Program-made: the position numbers and the translations under genes
Source: Trypanosoma brucei
Taxonomy: Eukaryota
DNA length: 64,000 bases
Assembly (NCBI GenBank): GCA_000002445.1
Contig: CH464491.1
Span: forward strand, 4,256,001-4,320,000
Reading direction: 5' to 3'
Notes under the pieces: model-generated
What the model saw: the letters and a program-made list of their open reading frames with translations, nothing else
Told to the model about the DNA's origin: nothing
The model's database searches: none
Part shown: positions 30,092 to 40,368 of the stretch, in pieces
Layout: each line of letters starts with the position of its first letter
Position numbering within the stretch: the stretch's first letter is position 1

Positions 30092-31789
30092 TCACGAAAT
30101 TGGGAGGCCTAAGTTGAGAACGTGCAAAGGAAACATTTGACGCCTCTGCTGCAGAAGAAGTGCCGTATGAGGTGTTGGAGGGACTGTTTCCCACTCGGGT
30201 GCGGTGCGAGTGACATGTCCATGCATTTCGAGTGCCAGCTGCGCTAGTCGCTTGTCAACATCTTGAACATTCATCCAATACCCAATAAGCGGGGACATGA
30301 ACAGTGTCACGAGAACATGGCGGTGCTCGGCGTGGGCGAGAATGTCACGTACACGCAAAAGCGCTTTGATGACATAAGACTTCCCTAAGAGCAAACGGAT
30401 GCCAACCAATGAAAATGCACGCTGCACAAGTGCGAAATTACGGTGCAGCGGGTAAACAAGGACGCGACGGGCGAAGGCTAGACAGGCATCGTAGACGGTA
30501 TTGGGGGAGTCAAGCCAAGAAAGAGCTGGACTTAACTTGCACACATTCCATAGTGATTCGCTACAGCCCGCTCCCTCTGTTACAATATCGTCGTACGCTT
30601 CAGCCAAGAGAATGTCCAAAGTTAACGCGTTAACTGCACTACCAACGGGGGGAAACAGCAACCGTGGCGCGGTTATTCGCAGGAGCACAGCTTGCTCTTC
30701 CGTTGTAAAGTTTGCGCACGGGCGCCGCTGCGGAACTGCGAGGCACTTGGAACTCATGGTGGAATTCTCTCCACTCGTGTCTGGGACGCTGGAAGCAGCT
30801 GCATGGGCAGCTTCGTGATCTTCCGTGCTCGGCTCCGTCGGTTGCACCTCTTCAATGAGTGGCCGCTTAAAGTCCGCGATGTTACCGGTCCATATATTTA
30901 CCAAACCACTGCCGTCCGGAAGCACAACATCCTCCTCCTCCAGCGTATCGGAACGGTTAACACAGACGCTACCATTGTCGCCGCTGTTATCACTAGTCAC
31001 GGGGCAACAAACTGTTTCCATCGCCGTTGCTGGTCGGACGTAACGAATGCCTTCTGCATCAAGGGCATTCATGTAGTCCCTCTGGTGCTGGGGCACATAA
31101 CGCAGCAGGCACTCAACATCACCTTCAGCGTCCTCAAAACTTAGAAGAACCGCATCCTCGTCAAAATCCTCCTGTTCCCGCTGGGTGCGGAGCTGCCGCC
31201 GCTGCTCCCCTGTCGTTTCATCCGGGTTGCACGGCAGATCAAGAATGTCAGCCACTACATCGGCATCAAGCGCAGCGAACGTGCCGTGGAAACTGGCCGC
31301 GAAGCCGTAATCGCCGAAGCCCTCCTTCAAATCAATGGTGTGCCCACGCGGTGCTTGAAGTCTCTGTCGGAACTCAGTGTCTTCTCCCTCATCATCTCCA
31401 CACTCTCTTTCTTCTTCATTAGCCGCTTCATTCTCAGCTCGCACGGCGGAGCAAACGCCTCCCACAAGCTGCACGAGCCGCCTCCGCTCCATATCCGTTG
31501 CAATAAGATACGCAGGATTGTCAAGGTTTGTAAAAACCTCACCACGGTTTTCCTTCGGTATGTACACGGTTAAAAGGGATGAGGCAATGTCAAATGTTGC
31601 CCGTTCCCCGCGTCCTTCTGCAATGGGTTGGTCAAACTTCAACCGTAGGTAATATGGTGCGCAATGAAACGTAAACTGGAGTCTGGTGATATCAAATGCT
31701 GCTCCCATCACTTTGCACATAGCGGAGAGAGTGATCGCTACAATGACGAAGGAGTCATCTTGCGTGCAAACGAACACGGGCGTTAACAT
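30092..31789 (-). CDS. SHQ1: SHQ1, H/ACA snoRNP assembly factor (CS domain + SHQ1-specific domain)
   Basis: N-terminal MLTPVFVCTQDDSFVIVAITLS...FHCAPYYLRLKFDQPIAEGRGERATFDIASSLLTVYIPKENRGEVFTNL closely parallels the SHQ1 CS domain (MLTPxFxxxQDxxFxxxxI...PYYLRLxxPG...YDxxxGxxxxxLPKE). 565 aa, ATG start. Confidence 0.75.
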   Translation of the reverse strand: MLTPVFVCTQDDSFVIVAITLSAMCKVMGAAFDITRLQFTFHCAPYYLRLKFDQPIAEGRGERATFDIASSLLTVYIPKENRGEVFTNLDNPAYLIATDMERRRLVQLVGGVCSAVRAENEAANEEERECGDDEGEDTEFRQRLQAPRGHTIDLKEGFGDYGFAASFHGTFAALDADVVADILDLPCNPDETTGEQRRQLRTQREQEDFDEDAVLLSFEDAEGDVECLLRYVPQHQRDYMNALDAEGIRYVRPATAMETVCCPVTSDNSGDNGSVCVNRSDTLEEEDVVLPDGSGLVNIWTGNIADFKRPLIEEVQPTEPSTEDHEAAHAAASSVPDTSGENSTMSSKCLAVPQRRPCANFTTEEQAVLLRITAPRLLFPPVGSAVNALTLDILLAEAYDDIVTEGAGCSESLWNVCKLSPALSWLDSPNTVYDACLAFARRVLVYPLHRNFALVQRAFSLVGIRLLLGKSYVIKALLRVRDILAHAEHRHVLVTLFMSPLIGYWMNVQDVDKRLAQLALEMHGHVTRTAPEWETVPPTPHTALLLQQRRQMFPLHVLNLGLPIS

Positions 31790-32376
31790 TTGCTCCTACG
31801 CTCGAGAAAAAGACGCGTGATATCCCACTACCGGTGGTGATGACGTTAACCTCACGCCAAGATTTTTCAGAGCAACAAAGAGGCGTCGTTACCTCAAGCG
31901 ATAAACCAGCGCTGGGTAAAATGTTTATCAACCGGCCTGTCGCGCACACAACCGAAAGTTATCGCGACCCGAGTATAGGGGCGATTTGGATGGTGATCAG
32001 GTGCGAGTCACGATACAGCGCTGCAAACCAAACAGGGCACCACGTCACTCTGCATGATACAGCAGAAAGTGAAGTAGGTAAACGCACGCAATAAAAGTGC
32101 GTTCAATGGCGAAGAAAATGAAAGAAGAAAAAAAGAAAGAATGATAAAACCACGTCGTGGAAGAATAGCGTAGGATTTGAGAAGATGAAAAAAAAGAAAA
32201 GAATGTGCGCCACAAATTACCTTCGGTACGTGTGCGTTTAGTGTTAATTGTGAAAAGGGGGGGGGTGAGGGGAATCCAAGGTATCCAAGCGACAACAGCC
32301 ACATAATCAACAAAATGAGCTACGGAGCAAATTAGGGTGTTCGACGCGAAAATAACCAAAACCAACTACCCGACAA

Positions 32377-33012
32377 TCAGCTACTCCTCTTCATGAGTTC
32401 CGCGATTGCCCTTTCGGCCGCGGGGTTGCTCTGCCCCGGAGAGCATTCAACCGCTGCACGAAAGTCACAGAGTGCTGACTCTAAATCTCCAATATCCTGA
32501 CTTGCAAGACCACGTCTATAAAGTGCCTTTACCTTTAACTCCCCTCGAACAGGGCACGCCTCGTCCTGCAAAAGGAATGTGGCAAGCATACGCGCCTCCT
32601 CCGGACGCTTAAGTCTCAAGAATACGAGAATAACATTTACCCGTACGACATGGTCCACCTCTACTGCTACTGCATCATGTGAACCAAGTGCTGAACATGC
32701 ATCGATACAGTTCTGATAGGCCTCAAGCGCCGCCTCATACTGCCCTTCCTGGAAGAATTCATTTCCTCTGACTTTCATTTGCATGAGCATCTCGTGGTAC
32801 TTGGGCCGTTCATTTTCCTCCAGCTCGCAGTCAGAAGAAGCACTTGATGTGGTGGTGCCAGCACTGGAAGAACTATCGGTTTCCTCAGTTGCTGCACCAT
32901 TACCCACTCCCTTCTGTCGCCTGTTCCACCAGTGCAGCAGCCAGTAGCAAAGTCCTGAAAGTGGCAGTAGTGATGCAACGGCAATGTACCGGCTACGTTT
33001 GCCTGGAAGCAT
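32377..33012 (-). CDS. TPR-repeat protein with N-terminal signal-anchor TM helix
   Basis: Three TPR-like helical hairpins (MQMKVRGNEFFQEGQYEAALEAYQNCIDA ... KVKALYRRGLASQDIGDLESALCDFRAAVECSPG) after the TM segment YIAVASLLPLSGLCYWLLHWW. Track ORF begins on TTG at 33054. First ATG (MLPGKRSRY) is at 33010-33012. Confidence 0.55.
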   Translation of the reverse strand: MLPGKRSRYIAVASLLPLSGLCYWLLHWWNRRQKGVGNGAATEETDSSSSAGTTTSSASSDCELEENERPKYHEMLMQMKVRGNEFFQEGQYEAALEAYQNCIDACSALGSHDAVAVEVDHVVRVNVILVFLRLKRPEEARMLATFLLQDEACPVRGELKVKALYRRGLASQDIGDLESALCDFRAAVECSPGQSNPAAERAIAELMKRSS

Positions 33013-33400
33013 TGCGGAAACGAAATTTAAAGAGAATAACTTGGAACCCAGCAATACAGACAGAAGGGGGGGGGACTAAGTATGACCGCCTAATACTACC
33101 CCCAATGCCAACGAACTGATGACGCTGGAATATGGGATATTTTCAGTGACTACTTGTTATTTTTTTTTCCCATCAAAACAAAAAAAATAATAATAAATAA
33201 ATATAAAAAAGTGCAAGACTTGGTAGTAGCAACTAGACGATACAGTAAAGGGCTTCATAGCACAACACATGACAGAAACGAACAAGTTTCCATGCCGATG
33301 CGGGTCCACCCCAAGAGTAAAAGAAAAAAAATACTGGGCACCACATACATACACATACACGCATACGTACGCACACATTCGCCGGTAGCGGCGCACGCGC

Positions 33401-33426
33401 TTCCTTCCTTCCTTCCTTCCTTCCTT
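33401..33426. repeat. (TTCC)6 tetranucleotide repeat
   Basis: ttccttccttccttccttccttcctt read directly. Confidence 0.9.
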
Positions 33427-33785
33427 TTCCCATCTTCATATTTCTGTTGCATCAATTCTCCACACACTGAACACAACAACTCAATTGATACGTTTCGATG
33501 TGTTAAAATGAGAAGGTGTACGGCATGGGAAGAGCAATAAAACATACCCCGCCAAATGCACCCCGGATTTAGGACCAGATCCCTTTTCACCTGTGGAAAC
33601 GAGCATGCTTCTGCACGGATACACATGCACAAAGACATATTTAAATTTATATATATATGCCTGCATATGATGAACAGCAAACCCTCCGAAAGAGTACACA
33701 CATGTCTTCTTATTTGGCTCCCTTTTTCCTTTCCGTATTCAAAACAAGAATCTAGACACTGATGGGTGGCATGCAACTCATATTA

Positions 33786-33834
33786 GAAAGAGAAAGAGAA
33801 AGAGAAAGGAAAGCAAAGAGAGAGAGAGAGAGAG
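33786..33834. repeat. (GAGAAA)3 + (GA)9 purine microsatellite
   Basis: aaagagaaagagaaagagaaagg ... agagagagagagagagag read directly. Confidence 0.85.
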
Positions 33835-34156
33835 TCACGCTGCCATACAAATAGCAGAAAACGCAGGAAGTGTCAACACAACGTGTAGTCAAAAATGAGC
33901 AGTAAAGAGAAGGGCAAATAAACTGACATTCCATAGCCCACGGTATCGGTGTCCGCATGTGCGCGCGGCATACACTTTACGTCCCTTTTCCTTTTCCTTG
34001 AAGCATCTCCATCCGCACGGCTGTCCCGAACCAGTAAAGCGAAAAGTATTGCGCGTGCAGCAGCTTCGCTGTCCAAACCCTCTATATAACGCATGTTGTA
34101 AAGAACCGAAACGAACAAAACACAAAGAGGAAAAAAAAAAACGCGCGTCCACACAA

Positions 34157-34193
<37 letters not shown>
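34157..34193. repeat. (CA)9(TA)9 compound microsatellite
   Basis: aacacacacacacacacacatatatatatatatatatag read directly. Confidence 0.9.
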
Positions 34194-34829
34194 GAAATAT
34201 GTGTACTGGGCATGAATGTACTTTCTGTGTTACTTACGCAGCCAAAATGCGTAGCCTTACTTTCTTCTCTCCTTCTATGTGCAATAGTGTGAATGTGTAG
34301 GGTAAATTAAGAGAGAGACACCGGTGGCGCATATTTCCATTTGTGCCAACAAACCCTCGCTCTTAATAAAGTAAAATAAAACCGACTATTCGGTTATCTT
34401 ATCGCTTCCCCTATTGAAGCTTTGCGCCACTTGAACCACTGTAACTTCCTCAACCGCAACTGTCCTCCCCCACCTTTTCAAACAAAAAAATAAAATAAAA
34501 AGGCAGGGAAGCTCCCGACACAACACTAACGGCAAAACGACGACACATCAAGTTAATGTGCTCTTCTTTGCGAAGTCTCCCCCAGATGTGTGAGTGTTTT
34601 CCTCCTCTCCATCCGTACGTTCTCCTCTCCCATGCTAATGTGACAAAATAGAAATGAGAAGGCACTAAAAGGGAGCAAGGGACAAAGCAAAAAACAAAAA
34701 CAAAAACAAAGGAAAGGAAAGAAGAGAGCTGGTGGAAGTATATATATATATATTTGCGTGTGTATGTCATGTTATGCTCTCCTCTTATGTGTGTACATAC
34801 GATCCGCAGCTCCTTCCTTCTTGTATCAT

Positions 34830-35126
34830 CTATTGTGTCTTGGGCCGCTTGAATAGTAACACATGCGGCTCTGGGGCATGCAACATGTAGTGCCGCCATC
34901 CCACCGACTGCTGGACGCCAAGTTGACGCCACTCCGACTCCTCCATTAAACGGCCACGCGGAACCAGCCGTGAGAAGTCCTTCGGTAAAATGACATGGCG
35001 GTACTCATATTCATCATCGTAGTACTTGTCACTGTAAAGAATCTTTGATTGCAATTTGCTGATCATCATTCGTGCCTGTTCACGCTGAACGGGGTCGGTG
35101 ATGGAGAAGTAGTCCCGGCCAGACAT
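34830..35126 (-). CDS. CKS1: cyclin-dependent kinase regulatory subunit CKS1
   Basis: [67 protein letters not shown] is the canonical Cks fold sequence. The first ATG (MSGRDYF) is at 35124-35126. The 36-codon upstream extension in the track ORF is not a start. Confidence 0.85.
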   Translation of the reverse strand: MSGRDYFSITDPVQREQARMMISKLQSKILYSDKYYDDEYEYRHVILPKDFSRLVPRGRLMEESEWRQLGVQQSVGWRHYMLHAPEPHVLLFKRPKTQ

Positions 35127-36457
35127 CCTTTCCCCCCTATAAAAGTAAACAACTGCGGCACCGCAATTATGATTTTCCCCCTCACCGCTAGTTGTCCCCA
35201 CTCTCCCGATGGCTCTCTCTCTCTCTCCCCTCACTCTTAGCGTTTGAATATTTACCTCTTTTTTCGCTTTCCCGTTAGTGTTGTTTTCTAGATGTACTAC
35301 AGTTCAGGTTAGGTTTCAGGGATACGCAAGCGACTGTATTTGTGTGTATACCTGATGCGGACGGTCCGCGAAGTGGAGAAGAAAAAAAAATAAGTAAGAA
35401 AACACAAACAAACAAAAAGTAGGAGTGAAAGACAAAAAGTGGAAAGGTAACATCACCGTTGCTCAACCGCGGATAACCCACGCATTTGAAGGTCGGTGCG
35501 CATGAAAGGCAGTGTGCATATGGAGAGAAGGCTAGAGAATGAAAATTAACAACAACGACGAGAACATGGAAACGAAAACACTACAGAATTGCGTTTCCCT
35601 ATTCAACATTTTCTCCTCTCTCCCTCCCCACGTATTCCCTTCCAATCTCTCACACCTCACTCCCGCCCCCGCTCACTTTTCATTGGCAGACGCTTGAACG
35701 CCTCTCACCGCGTCGTTGCCTCTGCCTGAACTGTCGACACAATTTGAGTGCTGAAGCGGGACTCCCTCCCCTCTCTCTCTCTCTACAGTTGCCTTTGGTT
35801 ACCTCCGCTTCGTTTTTTGTTTTTTTTTTGTCGTTGTTGTTCCATTACTTCTATTACTTTGTTTTCAACTCCAACACGCCTTTTCTGTATTTTCTTTTTC
35901 TTTTTTTTTCGTGTGTGTGTAGTTTGCTGCTTCACACATAATGGTGTCCACCAGGTTGCATCCCGCAGGAATCCAAACGTGGCAGTGGAGAGGTGGGGAA
36001 AAGAGAGAGAGTGTGGGGGGGGGGGGCAGAGCGCAAAACTAAAGGGCAAAAAAATAAATAAATAAGGGATTGTGATAAACAAAATACGAAAAAATAAGTA
36101 AACAAATGAATCTTTTATCAAAGTGAAGAAAGGAATGAAGTGTGTAAGGGAGAAATATGGGGAACAAGAGGTCTGAAGAGAGCGTGAAGGAGGAACTTCC
36201 TTTTATATTCCCCAATGCCGACTTCTAAAGACCGAGACATTTTGCGCTCCAGCAATGATCACTTCCGCTACTAGGTTCCACCGTAGTATGCACTGGAAGA
36301 GCTGTTGCATTCTCTTTTCTATGTTTAGCAACTTCACTATTTACCCTCATTTCCCCCACGATCTAGTGCCTCTTTCGGTTTGACTTTGCCTGGATTTAGG
36401 TTCAGTACTTTCGTTTCTTGTTTGTTCCTTGTTGTTGTTTGCATGTTTTTCTATACT

Positions 36458-37432
36458 CTAACGCCTCCTTACGGGTGGCTTCCTGCTCTCTTTATTCTTC
36501 TTCAGGTTTTTGACGCCCCTCGACACCGCGAGACGGCGTTTTGCATCCCTGCCAATGATCACGTCCCTCACTGTCTGCGAACCTCTTGTCGCTCTCCTCT
36601 CGTTGGTTACCTCCTTCAGACCGGGTTTCCCTGCAGCCGGTACCCTCCCCCTCACCTTCATGAGGTTCACTGGAGCTCCTTTACTAGGAGAGGTCAGTTT
36701 TCCCTTACTTTTACTCATACTCTCACTCATACTGGGAGCTTTACGTACGCTGGCAATCTTACCCTTGATGGCGCCCCGACCCGTGTTGATAACCCTGCTT
36801 ACATTGGCTGACCTGCTCGTACCGGCAATCTTGTCTCTAACGGCGCTCTTGCCCATACTGACAACTTTGCCAGTGCCAACACCCTTACCCTTGTTGGTAC
36901 CCCTGTTCCTGTCGCTTTTCTTGCTCATAGTACCCCCCTTTACTTTCTTGGATGCCGTAATATCGGGGAATCCGGGGCGTTTAATGTCGGCTGGGTCCAC
37001 CTTGTGGATTCTATACTTCCTCACTGTCGGGAATAACCTCTTTTTCATCTCGTCTTGCATGCGAAGCTTTCGCTCCTCGCGCCTCTCCCTGCTCTTCGCC
37101 TGTATCTTCTTGAGCTGTAGCTCCCTCCGCTTGGCCGACTTTCTCCACATCTCGCCAACAACACGCTGCCGTTCCGCATTCGTCATGTGGGTTAGATTGC
37201 GACACTCACGGCGCTGAAAATCGTTGAATGCTTTGAGAGCAGGATACGTAATTTTGCTGGCCCGCTCCTGGAGTGATCGCATCTGGGAGGGAGTCAAGTT
37301 GCGGTACATACGCGAAGCAACTCGCGCACCATTAGCCAACGACATGTTGCGGAGCTCCCCCGTTTTCTTCAGGTCCTTCATGAAAACAGAAAAGGGGCTC
37401 ACGCGCAGAAGTTTGACGGTGCGGAACAACAT
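36458..37432 (-). CDS. basic HMG-box-like protein (two tandem boxes) with mitochondrial-presequence-like N-terminus and K/G-rich tail; kinetoplast-associated-protein-like
   Basis: MLFRTVKLLRVSP looks like a cleavable presequence. Two HMG-box-like segments follow (SPFSVFMKDLKK...ASRMYRNLTPSQMRSLQERAS and ALKAFNDFQRRECRNLT...AERQRVVGEMWRKS), then a 150-aa lysine/glycine-rich basic tail. ATG start verified. Confidence 0.45.
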   Translation of the reverse strand: MLFRTVKLLRVSPFSVFMKDLKKTGELRNMSLANGARVASRMYRNLTPSQMRSLQERASKITYPALKAFNDFQRRECRNLTHMTNAERQRVVGEMWRKSAKRRELQLKKIQAKSRERREERKLRMQDEMKKRLFPTVRKYRIHKVDPADIKRPGFPDITASKKVKGGTMSKKSDRNRGTNKGKGVGTGKVVSMGKSAVRDKIAGTSRSANVSRVINTGRGAIKGKIASVRKAPSMSESMSKSKGKLTSPSKGAPVNLMKVRGRVPAAGKPGLKEVTNERRATRGSQTVRDVIIGRDAKRRLAVSRGVKNLKKNKESRKPPVRRR

Positions 37433-38036
37433 GACGTTACGTGATTCCTTACTGAGTCTATTACCTTCCTATGCATATATATATATACATATATGAAAGA
37501 GGTGGGAAGAAGATGAAATTGGAGGAAATGGGTATAGTTCTCAGCTCCACTATTTGATGCGTGTAAGGATCCAGATTTACTGGCATTGTGTTTTGTTACT
37601 ATCCGATGGATGTCCTTCGTGCACATCCCTCTTCACAGAAGGAGGGTGGGAAACTTGAAGAACACTGAAGTGCTGTGGGCGGCAGCCTTCAGCACAGGCT
37701 CTGAATTAACAATTCAGCATTCAAACCGGTCTCCACCCTACACTTAATGTAACATTCAAGATGACAAGACGCGTGTGCACCCTGCCAAATAAAGCACAGC
37801 AGCGTGGTTGCCACAGTTTTACACCTTGATAGACAAATTAACAATAAGAGGAAAAAAGAGAGAAAGAAACGAAGGGAATAACGGTACACAGGGCCAGCAG
37901 GGTAGCAACGAGGGGAGCAGCTGATGGAGGGGGAAAAAAGGGGGGAAATTATGCCAGCTAGCATACGACACAAGTTTACATGCTCGTAGGGAAATGCTAA
38001 CATACTCCGCGTTACACAGCCAGGTCGTGTCATCCC

Positions 38037-39560
38037 TCACTTCTTGCGCTTCTTCTTATCCAAGCGCCGCTTGATCTCCGGCACCGTATCTGTTGGTGCA
38101 TCCGGAAGCACGGCGCATGGAGGCTTCGGTGCCTCTTCTAAAAGTAGTCTTGATTGCTCCAATTCATCCTGCACATACAAATATTGCGAAACCACTTCGC
38201 ATTGCACAACGTCCATCAGCCCCCCAACACACAGAAACCGCGCTCCCACGCCCACAGCAAGGTGCACAGCAAAGGCCACGTTGTGCATTAAGCTCTGCGG
38301 CGCTAGTGCGATTGTGCAGCCCTCGTGCCGACGCACCATCCGCACATTGTCGCACAGCGCAGAAAGAGATCCAATAGCACTTGCCTCAAGCACCACATTG
38401 GACGTCCACAGTTCGTCAAGCCCCTGTTCCACCTTTTCGTACTTTGACCGACGGTAGAGGTCATAACCAGAAAACACAGCTGTGCCCCCAATCGTGGCAT
38501 GAAGTCGCCGCAGTCCGATCGTATCGACATCACAGTGGGTATCCTCAACATAAACCACCAAGTTCGCGCTTGCTTGGACCTGCTCTCGCACGTACTCAGC
38601 CAGCTGCGACCCTGTGATATCTTGTTCACCGGGGAACATGGAGTAGAAAACCTCCCCACCATCTTTAGCCTCCTTCTGTGTTCTGGTGGCTGGTGCGGCT
38701 AGACGAAGGCCCAGACACACATCGGTTTGCGGCCTAAGCTCAACAGCACGCAGGACCTCATCGGCTAAGTTGATTGCATCCGTTATGTTGTCAAATGTGC
38801 TGAATACGAGTGATCCGTCGCTTCGGGTTGCAGCGTTGTGCACCTTGCGGAAATGATTGAAGGCCGCAAATATCTTCTGCATGACCTCATGGCTCACAGT
38901 CCCGTTTGGCATGCAAGGAAGAATAAGAACACTCTTCAGTGCAACCCGGGCAGTCGCAACGTTCTCAGGACCGAAGAAATCAATGCACAGCTGTGGCATG
39001 GAAAAGGTTTCTACATCAGTCAGTAGCCCAAATGTGTTACGAAGGTATTGGAAAGCGGGTGTTGATGTGCATCGTGAGGCCGCAGCGGATGCAACAACAC
39101 TGAGGGCATGTACAACAGCCGTACCCACATTTGGTAAATCAGGTGTCGCTGCCACACGCGATAAAATTTCGTCAAATTGCCGCTGATCACAGGCCCTACA
39201 CGGAACAAGTCGGGGGAAATAACTTTCCTGCAACACCTCATGGATTACCGCTGGATCAACCGTATGCTCAACCAAGCTATCACCGAGCTCCTGACTCGCT
39301 GACAACAAGGCAGATGACTGCACCTCCATACCATTTAGCAGGCGCAAAATAATACGCAGTACACGGCAGCCTCCTGGTGCGAACATCACGTGTGCTGAAA
39401 GAGTTCGTATCTCGTCTCCCGTGCATTTCGTGCTAAAATACGCTGCGAGATATTCAATGGGCCGCAAGGCGCGGGAGTCCACACAAGATCGTGCCGCCAA
39501 CGTAAGGATCCCGCTGAGGTCATGCTGGTTGTCATACAATTTCCATGAGACGGATTCCAT
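38037..39560 (-). CDS. enolase-fold protein with degenerate active site (pseudo-enolase, ENO4-like)
   Basis: The C-terminal barrel aligns by eye with enolase. [32 protein letters not shown] matches [40 protein letters not shown] matches VVGDDLTV, and [11 protein letters not shown]...[13 protein letters not shown] matches MVSHRSGETED...GLCTGQIKTGAP. Residues at the catalytic Lys/Glu/His positions are substituted. A K/R-rich C-terminus follows ([11 protein letters not shown]). ATG start verified. Confidence 0.6.
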   Translation of the reverse strand: [507 protein letters not shown]

Positions 39561-39835
39561 TCCTAAATTTTTGATCCCTCGGGGCGAGAAAAAAGCCCTA
39601 GAATATTAAAAAAAAAAACACTCAATTTAGTATACAAAAATGAGAAAGTGAAGAAAAAAATCGTGCCGTAAAAAAAGTGGCATGACAGAGGATGTCCCAA
39701 CTACCCATCCCACTCTTGCTTTCTTTTTAAGTTTCCATTAGCGTTTGTTAGCGCGACAACAACAAAGAATTATTAAACGCTACGAATTCTTCGTTTTATT
39801 TGTCACAAAACGCGATGCTATGTCTCAACCGGTTG

Positions 39836-39971
39836 CCCCCCCCCCCCACACACACACACCTACGCACACATGCTGATGCTGAGCAGCCGCCTCACAGTGG
39901 CACCAAAATTCCGTGCCTTTCCTATGAGCGGGAAACCAAAAGGCATAATATATATATATATATATATATAT
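39836..39971. repeat. C12 homopolymer + (CA)6, then (TA)12 about 90 nt downstream
   Basis: ccccccccccccacacacacacc at 39836-39859 and ataatatatatatatatatatatatat at 39948-39971. Confidence 0.85.
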
Positions 39972-40368
39972 TGCATCACCAGCTGCTGCGTCATGGTGCT
40001 ACCGCATGGAAACTATTAACCACCCGGCTTCGGTAAAGAACCCCGCAGTCCATTATTTAACTCACGCCCCGGAGATGTAGGCAGAGCGAAATGGTAAACG
40101 TGGGCATCAAGCAGATGTCATAACACCCGAAACAGCCCTTCAAGCACATTGTAAAACATGCTGCCCGCCTTCAGGTTGCCACTCGTCGTCAGTCGTGAGA
40201 CTTTAAGCGATCGAAATCGCTTCTCTCCGAAGGTGAATCCCAAACTGTTAAGTCGTAATGATAAGGTGAGTTACAAATGTATTTCCTCGTTTTCACACAG
40301 GTCAGTCGCCTCCATGGTTCGGCAGGTGAAGCTATAAAGAAACAACAATAATATCTTTTCCTTAGCTA

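Noticed and set aside
33255-33776. 173-aa minus-strand ORF in the 1.8-kb spacer between the TPR gene and CKS1
   Set aside because: It spans the (TTCC)n and CA-rich microsatellites, its product is Cys/Met/Tyr-rich low complexity, and it has no motif. It is most likely a chance ORF in a UTR.
34830-35234. 134-aa version of the CKS1 ORF with a 36-codon N-terminal extension ([10 protein letters not shown]...)
   Set aside because: The extension is not part of the Cks fold. The conserved protein begins at the internal ATG (MSGRDYF) at 35126. The extension is 5'UTR read in frame.
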